From positions 188,418,001 to 188,482,000 of the forward strand of contig NC_091469.1 of NCBI RefSeq assembly GCF_036971445.1: DNA of 64,000 nt, written 5' to 3'. The translations under genes were made by a program, and so were the position numbers. Shown in pieces: positions 38,036-50,723 of the stretch (the first letter of the stretch is position 1; each line of letters starts with the position of its first letter). Origin of the DNA: Narcine bancroftii. Lineage: Eukaryota. Below the pieces are notes generated by a model that was not told the origin of the DNA, did no database searches, and worked only from the letters and a program-made list of their open reading frames with translations.

Positions 38036-40805
38036 ATCCTTGGTCAAATTCTTCTTAAATGTTAAAAATGAGCCTGCATTCACAACTTCAGCTGACAGCT
38101 CACTCACTACTGTGTGAAGAAGTTCCCCCTCATGTTTCCCCTTCACCCTTAACACATGTCCTCTGATAAATATTCACCCAACCTCAGTGGAAAAAGACTA
38201 CCTACGTTTACTTTGTCTATACCACTCAAAATGTTTATATCTATCAAATCTCCCCTTAATCTTCTACACTCCACAGAATAAAGTCCTAACCTGTTTAACC
38301 TTACCTTATAACTTAGTTCCTGAAGTCCCAGCAACATCCTAGTTCATCATCTCTGCAGTCTTGGAATCTTGTAGTTGGGTGACCAAAACTGTATACAATA
38401 CTCCAAATTTGCCCTCACCAATGTCTTGTACAACTTTATCATAACATTCCAACTCCTATACTCAATATTTCTGAAAGCCAATGTGCCAAAAACTCTTTAC
38501 AAATCTACCTATGACAATACAATTATGTAGATACACACTTTCAGGGAATTATGCATCTGTATTTGCAGAATCCCCTATTCTACCACACTCCTCAATGCCC
38601 CACCATTTACCATGTCCCACCTTGGTTTGTCTTTCCAAAATGGAACATCTCACACTAGTCTGCACTAAATTCAAAGAAAAATGCCATTTTTTAGCCCATT
38701 TTTCCCCATCAGGTCCAGATCCCTATGCAAGCTTTGAAAACCTCTTTCGCTGTCCACAACATCTTCACTTTTTGTCTCATCTGCAAACTTGCTGATCCTG
38801 TTTACCACATTTTCATCCAGATCATTGATATATGACAATGAACAATGGTCCTAGCACCAATCCCTGAAGGACACCCCTAGTTACAGGCCTCCAGACTGAG
38901 AAGCACCACCACTCTCTGGCTTCTCCTGTACAGCCAATGTCAAATCCATTTTACAACCTCACCCTGAAATCCAAGTATCTGAAACTTCCTGATTAACCTC
39001 CCATGTGGAACCTTGGCAAAGGCCTTACTAAAGTCCATGTAAACAACATCCACAGCCTTTCCTTCATTTAACCTCAAATTGGTTAAACACAGCTTTTCAC
39101 ATTCAAAGCCATATTGGAACACCTTCCAATAATTTACCTACTACTGATGTCAAGCTCACCAGGCTATAATTTCAAGGTTACATTTGGAACATTTTTTTAA
39201 AACTCTAGAACATCACAAGTTGCCCTCCAATCCTCAACAGGCATGGCTAAGGGCATTTTAAATTGCAGAGCCCCTGCATTTTCTCCACTAACCTCCCTCA
39301 AGGTTCAAGGGAATATCTTGTCAGGCCCTGCAGATTTATCCACCCTTATTTGCTTTTAGACAGAAAACATCTCCTCTTTAATCTATATTGGTTCCTTGAC
39401 ATCACTGCAAGTTTTCTGAACTTCCCCTGACTGTGCCAGTTTCCTGAGTAAATACTGATGCAAAAAAAAACATTTAATCTTTTAGCTCCATACATAGTTG
39501 ACCACTGTGACCTTTAAGGGGACCAATTTTGTCTTTCTTTTGTCCTTCCTGATTTCTTAATTTTTCTTGCATTTTTTTTAGATTCCTAAGTAAACACCCT
39601 CATCTTCCAAACCAGATACCCAATATCCTTCAAAAACCAAGGATCCCTCTGCCTGTTAACTTAGCCTTTAATCCTGTCAGGAACATACAAACTACTCAAA
39701 ATTTCAGCTTTGAAGATCTTCCACTTACCTTGTACAACTTTGCACGAAAAGATTTTAACCCCATCCGCGCATTCTAGATCCTCTCATTTTCTCAAAATTT
39801 GTCTTTCTCCTATTGAGAATTTCAACCTGAGGCCCAGTCCTATCCTTCTCCACAATTCGAAACTAATGGTATATGATCACTTGATGCAAAGTGTTCCCCA
39901 ACACATTCTTTTGTCACCTGTCCTGTTCCCTAATTGGAGATCCAGTATCGCACTCTAGTTGGTACCTCTATATATTGATTTAGAAAAGCATGAACATGCA
40001 TGATAAACTCCAACCCATCCGGTCCTTTAATTGTATGGGAGTCCCGAGCCAATATGTGGAAAGTTAAAATCTCCTGTTTCCTGCAGCTCTGCTATCTCTC
40101 AACAGATTTGCTCTTCCCAAACATGTTGACTATTGGGTAGTCTATAATACAACACCACGAGACTGGTCATACCTTTTCCATTCCTCATCTCCACCCATAT
40201 AGCCTCAATTGACAAGCCTTTGGTCTGTCTTGCCTAATAACAGCCATGATATTTTTCCTGATGAACATTGACACTCCTCCCCCTTTCATTCCTTCACCAC
40301 CCCCCGCCCCACAATTCTATAGCATCCAAAACAATAGAAGCCCAGAACATTGAGCTGCTAGTCCTGCCCATCCTGCAACTAAATTTAACTAATGGCTACA
40401 ATGTCATGCCAATCCACACTGAGTTAATTTGCCTTTCCTACAATAGTCCTTGCATTGAAAGAGATGCACTTTAGAAAATTTCCACCACATACTATCTGTT
40501 GACTTTTAACAGTGCATGCAATTTTCACATCTTTTCCTTTCTACACTCCTCTATCTAATCTAGCATTCAAGTTCCCACCCCCTACAAATCTAATTTAAAT
40601 CCACCAGAGTAGCACTAGCAAACCTCCCACAGGGATATCAGTTCCCCTGCAGGTGGGATGCAAACCATCTTGTCAGAACAGGTCTCACCTTCCTTAGAAA
40701 CCTAAAGCCCTCCCTCCTGCACCATGTCTTTAGCCACATCTTAAGCTTCATTATCCTTCTATTTCTAACCTTGCTAGCACATGGCACAGCGAGCCATCCT
40801 GAGGT

Positions 40806-40946
40806 AAGTGAAACAAAAGTCTGCAAATGCTGTGATTACTAAAATACAGGAAGAACTCTGCTGGTCTTATCAGCCTCAGCACTAAAAGAGAAAAAAAAAT
40901 ATTGTCAACATTTAAGGCCTAAGCCCTTCAAGGAATAGGCAGAATA
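40806..40946 (-). mobile_element. Penelope-like stub with 14-bp TSD
   Basis: TSD AGCCATCCTGAGGT at 40792-40805 and 40947-40960; body similar to 408-500 and 4838. Confidence 0.65.
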
Positions 40947-41454
40947 AGCCATCCTGAGGTCACAACCCTGAAGGTTCTGACCTTCACCTTTGTGCCTAAC
41001 TCCCTGAACTATCTTTGTAGGAACTCATCACCCTTCTTTCCAATGTCATTGGTTCCTACATGGAACACAACATCTGACTGCTCACCATATCTCCTGAGAA
41101 TGCCATGAACTCAAATCTGTGATATCTCAGACTCTGGCACCAGGCAGGCAACATAACACGTATGATTCTCTTTCACAGAAGCTCCTACCTGTTCCCCATC
41201 TATGGAATCCCCTATCAATACAGCACAACAACTCATTCCTTCCCTTCTGAACCAGAGGATCAGACTCTATTCCAAAGACCTGATCACTGTGGCTTGACCC
41301 CAGTAGGTCATTCCCCCATCACAGTATCCAAAATGGTATACATTATTGACAGGAACAGCCACAGGGGTACACTGTACTGACTGCCTATGGGGAGGGGGAG
41401 AAAAAAAGTGTTTAACCTCTAAAATGATCCAGAGTTCATTTAACTCCAATTATA

Positions 41455-41968
41455 TAAAATATAACATATATAACAATTACAGCACGGAAACAGACCATTA
41501 GGCCCTTCTAGTCCGCACCGAACCAAACACCCCTTTCTAGTCCCACCTCCCTGCACAATGCCCATAACCCTCCATCTTCTTCTCATCCATATACCTGTCC
41601 AACCTTTTCTTAAATAATACAATTGACTCCGCCGCCACCACTTCTCCCGGAAGATCATTCCACACGGCTACCACTCTCTGAGTAAAGAAGTTCCCCCTCA
41701 TGTTACCTCTAAACCTCTGCCCCTTAATTCTTAACTCATGTCCTCTTGTTTTAATCTTTCCTCCTCTTAACGGAAATAGTCTATCCACATCCACTTTGTC
41801 TATCCCTTTCATAATCTTAAATACTTCTATCAAATCCCCTCTCAACCTTCTACGCTCCAAAGAATAAAGACCTAATCTGTCCAATCTCTCCCTATACTCT
41901 AGATGCTTAAACCCAGGTAACATTCTGGTAAACCTTCTCTGCACTCTCTCCACTCTGTTTATATCCTT
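41455..41968 (-). mobile_element. Young CR1 3' fragment
   Basis: Open frame RKDINRVERVQRRFTRM...RLRGDLIEVFKIMKG...NFFTQRVVAVWNDLP. Confidence 0.9.
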
Positions 41969-41974
41969 CCTTAA

Positions 41975-42220
41975 TTTTTTTTTTAATTTACAAATACAGT
42001 ACAGTAACAGGCCAATTTGGCCCACAAGCCTATTACCCAATTTACACTCAATTAACCTACATTACAAACAGCAGGAGGAAACCAGAGCACCCAGGGAAAA
42101 CCCACACAGCCATAGGGAGAATATACCAACTCCCTACAGACAGCATGGAATTCAAACCCCAGTCCTGATCACTGGCACTATAAAAGCATTGCACTAACCA
42201 CTACACAAACTACATCACCC
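41975..42220 (-). mobile_element. V-SINE-like SINE
   Basis: Reverse complement of the 6306-6545 family. Confidence 0.75.
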
Positions 42221-42374
42221 TTAATTTGTAAAAAACTGCAGCTGGATACACTTCTCTCAGATAAAGTCAGCAGGGATTCTGCTGGCTTCCCTGCCAATAC
42301 ACATTTTGTAAGAAGAGCATTCCCTTACTCTGGCTGTCATTCCCACTACCTAAGACTTGAGGGAAAAATGTCTC

Positions 42375-43368
42375 TTCTTTCTCTTTGGCTTGGCTTCGCG
42401 GACAAAGATTTATGGAGGGGTAATGTCCACGTCAGCTGCAGGCTCATTTGTGGCTGACAAGTCCAATGTGGAACAGGCAGACATGGTTGCAGCAGTTGCA
42501 AGGGAAAATTGGTTGGTTGGGGTTGGGTGTTGGGTTTTTCCTCCTTTGTCTTTTGTCAGTGAGGTGGGCTCTGCAGTCTTCTTCAAAGGAGGTTGCTGCC
42601 CACCGAACTGTGAGGTGCCAAGATGCACGGTTTGAGGCAATATCAGCCCACTGGCGGTGGTCAATGTAGCAGGCACCAAGAGATTTCTTTAGGCAGTCCT
42701 TGTACCTCTTCTTTGGTGCACCTCTGTCTCGGTGGCCAGTGGAAAGCTCACCATATAACACGATCTTGGGAAGGCGATGGTCCTCCATTCTGGAGACGTG
42801 ACCCGCCCAACACAGCTGGATCTTCAGCAGCATGGACTCGATGTTGTCGGCCTCTGCCATCTCGAGTACTTCAATGTTGGAGATGAAGTCGCTCCAATGA
42901 ATGTTGAGGATGGAGCAGAGACAACACTGGTGGAAGCGTTCTAGGAGCCGTAGGTGATGCCGGTAGAGGACCCATGATTCAGAGCCAAACAGGAGTGTGG
43001 GTATGACAACAGCTCTGTATATGCTAATCTTTGTGAGGTTTTTCAGTTGGTTGTTTTTCCAGACTCTTTTGTGTAGTCTTCCAAAGGCACTATTTGCCTT
43101 GGCGAGTCTGTTGTCTTTTTCGTTGTCGATCCTTGCATCCAATGAAATGGTGCAGCCGAGATAGGTAAACTGATTGACCGTTTTGAGTTTTGTGTGCCCA
43201 ATGGAGATGTGGGGGGGCTGGTAGTCATGGTGGGGAGCTGGCTGATGGAGTACCTCAGTTTTCTTCAGGCTGACTTCCAGGCCAAACATTTTGGCAGTTT
43301 CCGCAAAACAGGACATCAAGCACTGAAGAGCTGGCTCTGAATGAGCAACTAAAGCGGCATCATCTGCA
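42375..43368 (-). mobile_element. RTE LINE 3' ~1 kb, open RT C-terminal frame
   Basis: ORF 42444..43394: ADDAAL...FTYLG...AKANSAFGRL...WAGHVSRM...CxxC. Confidence 0.92.
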
Positions 43369-43539
43369 GAGTAGTTTACAGACAAGTTGTACAAGATAAA
43401 TAAAACCTGCCCTTACCTTTGCATATCTTTTGAATCATTTTTGTTTCTAAAATAGGGTGGCCCTTACTTCAACTCCTACACTACCTCTTCTCACCAAAGC
43501 CTTGCCACTCATTTACACAGAACCTCACTTTTATAGTGA

Positions 43540-43770
43540 TGCTTGGGTCACCTGACCACCTGATCTTTTGAAATCTTGCTCCAACTGTTTGGGTCATCTG
43601 ACCTTAGTTACCCAATCAGCTTCTTCCTGCTGAGTCCAAGTTTTTTTTAAATCTTGGTCCAACTGCTTGGGTCACCTGACCTTGATTGCCCTTTCAGCTT
43701 CTTCCTGCTGAATATGAGTTTTTTAAATCTTGCTCCAAATATTTGGGTCACCTTTGATTGCCTAATTATA
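43540..43770. repeat. ~78-bp minisatellite, about 3 degenerate copies
   Basis: aaatcttg(c/g)tccaa...ttgggtca recurs at ~43571, ~43648 and ~43726. Confidence 0.75.
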
Positions 43771-44268
43771 GTTGGACATAACTTTTCTCCTTTTACACGC
43801 TGATGTGTATTTTGTCCCTCAAGATACCATTTACTTTTCTAACTGCCCTGGTGTTCTGTCGCTGTGGCAGATTTATGTGCAAAACAGCCAGATATCACTG
43901 CTCCAGTGCAACATTTAGAACCTTTCTATATTTTCCATATTGCCTCTTCTCATTCTTTCCACAAAAATATTATCATACTGCATTTCTGAATTAAATTTAA
44001 ACTGCTTCTTCTCTGTCCATTCTGCCAGCTTTTCTTTGTGTTATAAAAATGTATTATTATACTCATAATTGTTTAACAATGTTGCCGTTGCTTGGAAATG
44101 TAGAAATTCTACCTGATGCATCTACTCCAAGTCATTAGTGTCTCTCTAAAATAAGTAGCTCTCTAAAATAAGTAGCTGTACAACCAATACTTGTGGGCTC
44201 ATCAAATTTGTTTTAGTTTATGTATTGTATTTTTGCAATTATTTAATTTTATATGTTTCCCATTTCAG

Positions 44269-44314
44269 GTTAAGAAATGGAGTAAAGTACTGTAAAGTCC
44301 TTAAGCTTCCAGAG
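44269..44314 (+). CDS. USP20: USP20 exon L (46 nt)
   Basis: tcag|GTTAAG...CCAGAG|gtaggt; LRNGVKYCKVLKLPE. Confidence 0.95.
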
Positions 44315-44626
44315 GTAGGTGAGAAACATAATCTTGTACTATTTTTTGGTAACTATGTAGTTATCCAGTTTATTAATCATTTATTCATTAAAGCCCAAGT
44401 ATATTTATGAAAGTGAAATAATATACATTAAAGATTCATACATTCTGGTTGTAAATTTGATTGACAATTCAAGTTTTGTTTCAAGAAGAATTTTACTTTT
44501 CCCCGTCAAGGTTTTTTATTTGTTAAAACAAAAGTTATTATAGTATAATAATGAAAAATACAGAAGATCCTTCAATTTCTATTTTGAATTGGCGGGTACA
44601 GGCATCTCAGCTGCTGCACAATCCTA

Positions 44627-45280
44627 TGTTACAAGCTCAGAGGACCCCAAACCCAGCAGCAATAGATATCACCAAGACAAATGGTTACTTAAACAAAAGT
44701 TGCTTTTAATTATCTTTAAACATGAAAACAGAATCACGCTTTAACTTATCACTATTGACTTAACTAACCTAACTTAACCTCCTTCTAATTCTAAGCACAC
44801 GTGTATGTAATGTATGTGTAAGTTCAAAAAAGTTCTTTGGTTCACAGTAGTCCAATCTCACTTCTCATTCCTCCAAGTTTACTGGTTGCAGTCAATTCTT
44901 ATACTGTGCACAGAATTTAACATTTATGAAGTACACCGGGCTTTGGTGCTTGAAAGGTAAATGGTTACCACTCAGGAAGGTTCTTGTCAGTTTTCAGAGA
45001 GAGATTTCATGTACATTTACTTTCATCAGCCACTTCAGTGTCTTGCCGAAGAAACTTGCCTCCCTTCGGGTTCTCCAGTTGATAACCTCTTTCTTTCAGG
45101 TCACCACAGAGTGGCTTCTTGTTTCTCTTATTCCAAGTGAAACATTAGGCAGCCAGTCCTCTTCTCTTGCATGAACCACAAGGGCTTTGAACAGGCTGTC
45201 TTCCAGTGGGGCTTGCCAGCTTGTCCTGTTCCAGTCCCACCTGCTTCTGCTGATTATAGCACTGCAGAACTGAATTCTCT

Positions 45281-45312
<32 letters not shown>

Positions 45313-45653
45313 CCCCACTCAGAGAGAGAAAACCTTTTTTACTCTCTCTGCTTGCATAACCACGTGACCCTCCTAAAACAGCAAGTTCCACTCCAGACAG
45401 TCTGCAGCTCTGACATTTTTTTTCATCTGTTGCCTTTTTATAAACAACAATCCATTAGTGAAGTCTATTGGGCACTCTCCAAAGCTTTTGCAAAGGCTTT
45501 TGGCACTGACATGTCTAGCATGAGCAGAGCTCCAGTATTTTAAATAAGATCTGTTTTAAAGTGTTTGTATGTGACCTACACTAAAAAACTTGCCCCAATT
45601 TATCTCCCAAAAACATCTCTATATACAATACAAACGCAACATAATCTGTCACA
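44627..45653. mobile_element. ~1-kb solo LTR
   Basis: TGTTACA...TGTCACA termini, flanks ccta/ccaa, internal (CT)n at ~45276-45311. Confidence 0.7.
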
Positions 45654-46670
45654 CCAATGCCAGTTACTGGTTGCTAGAAACTTAATGAAACCTTCTGCTT
45701 TTGCTGTTGCTGCATACCTCTGCCAGGAACATAATTGGGGGCTCAACTTCCACTGGCACTCAAGTGGAACACCACATGGCGCATTCCAAAGTGTGCCTGT
45801 GAGCTAGTGTTGGATTGATTGAGGGAAAGAGGTGTAACAATTTGAGGTTGAGGTGAGAGGTTCATGGTTGCAACCTGACCAATATATCAAATACGAGTCA
45901 TTGTTGGCACTGACGCCTGCTGCATGTGAAGATGGGCTACTGGATCCTATGGTCTCACTCATTTTCTCCAGATGTCATTTGCTATTTTCCTCTTCGTTTG
46001 GCTACATATTATCTTCAGCCCAAAAATCACCTGAAGCAACTGCTGCTGTCGTCCCAGCAATGACCTGCATTCACCTGAGCCTTTCATCTTACTGCTGAGC
46101 AGCTGTACACCTGCCCTTGTAGGCTTCCTAGCCACATTAATTCAGCAGTTCATCTCACCCTGAGCCGCATACCAATGAGATCACAAGGGAAGTGCCAGTA
46201 GAGGGCAGAAACTTGTAGCAGGCACCTGACACGGCAGTGCACAGAGCCATCCGATATCTTAAAGTACAGAATGTGGGGTTCCACAATCAAGGGTGCTGGA
46301 ACTTTGAGGTCGCACTAAGCAGAAAACTGGTGTACTAGTAAAAACAAATCAAATTCAATTCAATTTTTAATTTTTTATGCAAAAATTTATTTTTAAAACA
46401 AATAAATTATTTTAACTCACTAAGAATTAAATAAGAAAAATAAACTAATTTCAACATACTGTTTTCAAAATAACTTTTTTCTTCCCTTTATTTCAATGGA
46501 CTCATTGCACTAATTTAATGCAAACTCAACAGCTGGAAAAGAAAGTATTCATTGCCTCATTGAACTCTGAGGTGTCTACTGACAGTACACAGATGTCCTG
46601 AGAACAACACTTGGTGGGAGTAGGAGGTTAACTATAGCCTCTACCTTGGAATTCTAATCATAAATCCACA

Positions 46671-46880
46671 GTTAGCGCAATGCTATTATAGCACCAGCAA
46701 CCCAAGATCAATTACGGCTCTGTAAGGAGTATGTATGCTTTCCCTGTGTCTGCATGGATTTCCTGTGAGTGCTCTGATTTCTTCTCACCCTTCAAAACAA
46801 TTAACCTTGTAGGTTAATTGGTGTATTTGGGCGGCACAGGCTTGTGTGCCAGAAGGGCCTGTTACAGTGCCTTATGTCTA
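46671..46880 (+). mobile_element. V-SINE-like SINE
   Basis: Same family as 6306-6545. Confidence 0.7.
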
Positions 46881-47460
46881 AATTAAAATTCAATTAACTG
46901 GGAGAAACTGAATATTGGAGTCCACAATAAATATCTTGAGAGTTGGTAGGAACTAATGTTTTTAGAGCAAACTAATTCAATGAGTAAAGAACATGAGAAT
47001 GGAATTCAGTGGACAACATTTTCAAAGGGCCAGCTTATATATGTTGGCTGATGGCTTCCTTTAATGCTGTATTCTTCTCAAAGAGAATGTAGGGCAAATG
47101 GACAACATCGTACTACAAGAAAGCAAAAATTATGAGTATAGGGATCAGTATATTGTAAAAGTAAAATTTACTGTTTAAGCTTGATTCCACTAAAATAATT
47201 TAATACTAGTACATTTTCCAAGGCATGTTTTGTGCACAAGATGGTAACATCCTGTGGAGTATACCTGTGGAAATTTAGTTTACAAAAGTCATTTGATTGC
47301 CCTATCCTAGAACCACATTGTGATAGTTGGCATAGGAAATAATGTCACTATTTGAATTAGTAAATGTTGACACAAAGTATAATAGTTACTTCAATACAAT
47401 TTGATTTGTTCACATTAAGCTTAAAGTATTGACATTCATTGTAATCAGGTTTTTAATTAG

Positions 47461-47467
47461 TACTAAC
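47461..47467 (+). promoter_or_regulatory. Consensus branch point TACTAAC upstream of exon M
   Basis: Exact TACTAAC followed by a pyrimidine tract and CAG at 47491-47493. Confidence 0.7.
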
Positions 47468-47493
47468 TTCGAATCTTTACTTCCCTTTTACAG

Positions 47494-47674
47494 ATTCTTT
47501 GTGTTCACTTAAAACGCTTTCGCCATGAAGTGATGTATTCCTTCAAAGTAAATAGCCACGTGTCTTTCCCACTGGAAGGTCTTGATCTCCGACCCTTTCT
47601 CTCCAAGGAGAGCCATTCTCAAGTTACAACCTATGATCTTTTATCTGTTATTTGTCATCATGGGACTGCAGGCA
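47494..47674 (+). CDS. USP20: USP20 exon M
   Basis: acag|ATTCTT...GGCA|gtaagt; [18 protein letters not shown]...[15 protein letters not shown]. Confidence 0.96.
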
Positions 47675-48143
47675 GTAAGTAAACAATTCTAAGAAGCAAG
47701 TCACAAGTGGCTAATAAGGGAGATTTGTTTGATGAGGTAAACATCTTTTCTCACTGAGTTATGTTCCTTGTTCAAATCCAAATTCTGAATGATTGGTCCA
47801 TGTTTTAGTTTCTATCAGAATAACTTAAATTCAAGTTCAATACACAATAACATAAAGTGTTTTCCAGAGATGCTCTCTGTGATTTCACTGAGCTCTGGAG
47901 AATAGAAAGTAGAATAAATGATATGTAAATCTACAGTCAACAATTGAAGTAAAAATAAGTGAACATGATTGGGCAATTATGGCTGAAATTTATCTTAATT
48001 TTTTTCAACTTTTCAAGTCCTTTAAGTATTATGGAACCCACTTAAAATGTGTATTTGTTAATGAGTGATGATAAATCATTGATGCTTTACAGCTGGAGTG
48101 TGCAAGCTTTTACTCTGGGCCCCTGAGCCTCAGAGATTATGTA

Positions 48144-50723
48144 CCGTGCCTTCCAGAATGTTTGGGACAAAGACACTTTTTTTCCCCTTTTTTTGCCCCT
48201 GTGCTTCACTGTTCTAAATTTGTTATCAAACAATTCATGTGATTAAAGCACACATTCCAGATTTTATTCAAGGATATTGTATACATTTTGGTTTGACCAT
48301 GTAAAAATTACAGCACTTTTTATACATAGTCCCGTCATTTCAGGGCACCATAATATTTGGGTCATATCCCTGTTATGTATATTAAAGTAGCCATGTTGAG
48401 TCTTCTTTGGCTTGGCTTCGCGGACGAAGATTTATGGAGGGGGTAAAAAGTCCACGTCAGCTGCAGGCTCGTTTGTGGCTGACAAGTCCGATGCGGGACA
48501 GGCAGACACGATTGCAGCGGTTGCAGGGGAAAATTGGTGGGTTGGGGTTGGGTGTTGGGTTTTTCCTCCTTTGCCTTTTATCAGTGAGGTAGGCTCTGCG
48601 GTCTTCTTCAAAGGAGGTTGCTGCCCGCCAAACTGTGAGGCGCCAAGATGCACGGTTTGAGGCGATATCAGCCCACTGGCGGTGGTCAATGTGGCAGGCA
48701 CCAAGAGATTTCTTTAGGCAGTCCTTGTACCTTTTCTTTGGTGCACCTCTGTCACGGTGGCCAGTGGAGAGCTCGCCATATAACACGATCTTGGGAAGGC
48801 GATGGTCCTCCATTCTGGAGACGTGACCCATCCAGCGCAGCTGGATCTTCAGCAGCGTGGACTCGATGCTGTCGACCTCTGCCATCTCGAGTACTTCGAC
48901 GTTAGGGATGTAAGCGCTCCAATGGATGTTGAGGATGGAGCGGAGACAACGCTGGTGGAAGCGTTCTAGGAGCCGTAGGTGGTGCCGGTAGAGGACCCAT
49001 GATTCGGAGCCGAACAGGAGTGTGGGTATGACAACGGCTCTCTATACGCTTATCTTTGTGAGGTTTTTCAGTTGGTTGTTTTTCCAGACTCTTTTGTGTA
49101 GTCTTCCAAAGGCGCTATTTGCCTTGGCGAGTCTGTTGTCTATCTCATTGTCGATCCTTGCATCTGATGAAATGGTGCAGCCGTTTTGACCGTTTTGAGT
49201 TTTGTGTGCCCGATGGAGATGTGGGGGGGCTGGTAATCATGGTGGGGAGCTGGCTGATGGAGGACCTCAGTTTTCTTCAGGCTGATTCCAGGCCAAACAT
49301 TTTGGCAGTTTCCGCAAAGCAGGACGTCAAGCGCTGAAGAGCTGGCTCTGAATTCAGCCAGCTGAATGGGCTCAGCCATGTTGAGTACTTTGTAGCATAA
49401 TCCCTTGCATGCAATAACTGCTTGAAGTCTGTGATTGATAGATATCATCAGATGCCTAGTATCTTCTCTGATGATGCTCTCCCAGGCCTTTACTGCTCCT
49501 GCTTGTTTTGGGGGGCTTGTCCCCTAAAGTTTTCTCTTCAGCATATGGAAGGCATGCTCAATTGGATTTAGATCAGGTGACTGGCTATTCAAGAATTTTC
49601 CAGTTTTTAGATTTGAAGAACTCCTTTGTTGCTTTAACAATATGTTTGAAATCATTGTCTTGCTATAGGATGAAGTGCTGTCCAAGAGTTTGGAGGCCTC
49701 TTAAACTTGAGCAGATAAGATGTTTCTCTACACCACAGGATTAATTTTTCTACTGCTATCAGCAGTTTCGTCATCAATGAAGACGAGTGGGAAAGTACCT
49801 GTGGCAGCCATATATGCGCAGACCATAACACCCCCACCACCATGTTTCACAGATGAGGTGATATGCTTTGGATCTTGGACAGTTCCTTTGCGCGTCCACA
49901 CTTTGCTCTTGCCATCACTCTGATACAGGTGAATCTTGGTCTCATCTGTGCACAAGATATTTTCCAGAATTTTTCAGGCTCTCTTAAATATTTCTTAGCA
50001 AACTGTCATCTGGCCACTCTGTTTCTGTGGCCAACTCATGGTCTGCCTCTTGCAGTGTAGTCTCTGTATTTCTGTTCATGAAGTCTTCTGCAGACAGTGC
50101 TCATTTTCCCCCTCCACACCTGCCTCCTTAAGAGTGTTTTTGATCTTTCGGACTGATTGGGGATTTTTCATCATTATGATGAGAATATTTCTGTCATCAG
50201 CAGTGGAGGCCTTCCTTGGCCCAGCAGTGGAGGCCTTCCTTGGCCTACCAGTCCCTTTTTGATTATAAATCTCACCAGTACGCTCTTTCTTCTTATTGAT
50301 GTTCTAAATTGTTGATTTTGTTCATCTTAAGGTTTGGGCGATGCCTCTTACTGTTTTATTGTTGCTTTTCAGCCTGATCATGTTATCTTTGATGTTCATT
50401 GGCACAATTCTGCTCTTCATGTTGAAAAATGGCAACTACAGACTCCAGAGGTGATCAAAAACTTAGAAGCAATCTTATCTCTTATACCTGGACTAATAAA
50501 GCAATTAAACACATCTGTTAACCCAAATGTTCCTGAAAATGGGGAACCTTATATTAAAAGTGCTGTAATTTCTACATGGTCAAACCAAAATGTATACAAA
50601 TAAAATCTAGAATGTGGTCTTTAATCACATGTGAATTGTTTGATTATAAATTTAAAACTGTGGAGCACAGAGGCAAATAAGGGGAAAAAAGTGTCTTTGT
50701 CCCAAACATTATGGAAGGCACTG
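48144..50723 (-). mobile_element. Tc1 DNA transposon (long TIR, IR/DR type), decayed, with RTE insertion
   Basis: TA-flanked ~200-bp TIRs (gtgccttcca.aatgtttgggacaaagacac); transposase motifs TDETK, SVKHGGG.VMV, QDND, SPDLNPIE on minus strand. Confidence 0.92.
48402..49373 (-). mobile_element. RTE LINE 3' ~1 kb nested in Tc1
   Basis: TSD AGCCATGTTGAGT at 48389-48401 and 49374-49386; highly similar to the 42375 copy. Confidence 0.93.

Larger units (their letters stand above)
35925..41385 (-). mobile_element. Decayed near full-length CR1 interrupted by L1 and a Penelope-like stub
   Basis: Tail at 35925-36030, resumes ~38040; RT (VDVVYMDFSKAFAKVPHGRL), ORF1 esterase (WLKTWCRREGFRFL). Confidence 0.85.

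Noticed and set aside
42444-43394. 316-aa ORF as an active retrotransposon or host gene
   Set aside because: 5'-truncated RTE lacking the endonuclease and the first half of RT; its start comes from flanking DNA
44143-44177. Short tandem duplication ctctaaaataagtagct x2; similar ones at ~26918 and ~8631
   Set aside because: Ordinary slippage duplications without evidence of function
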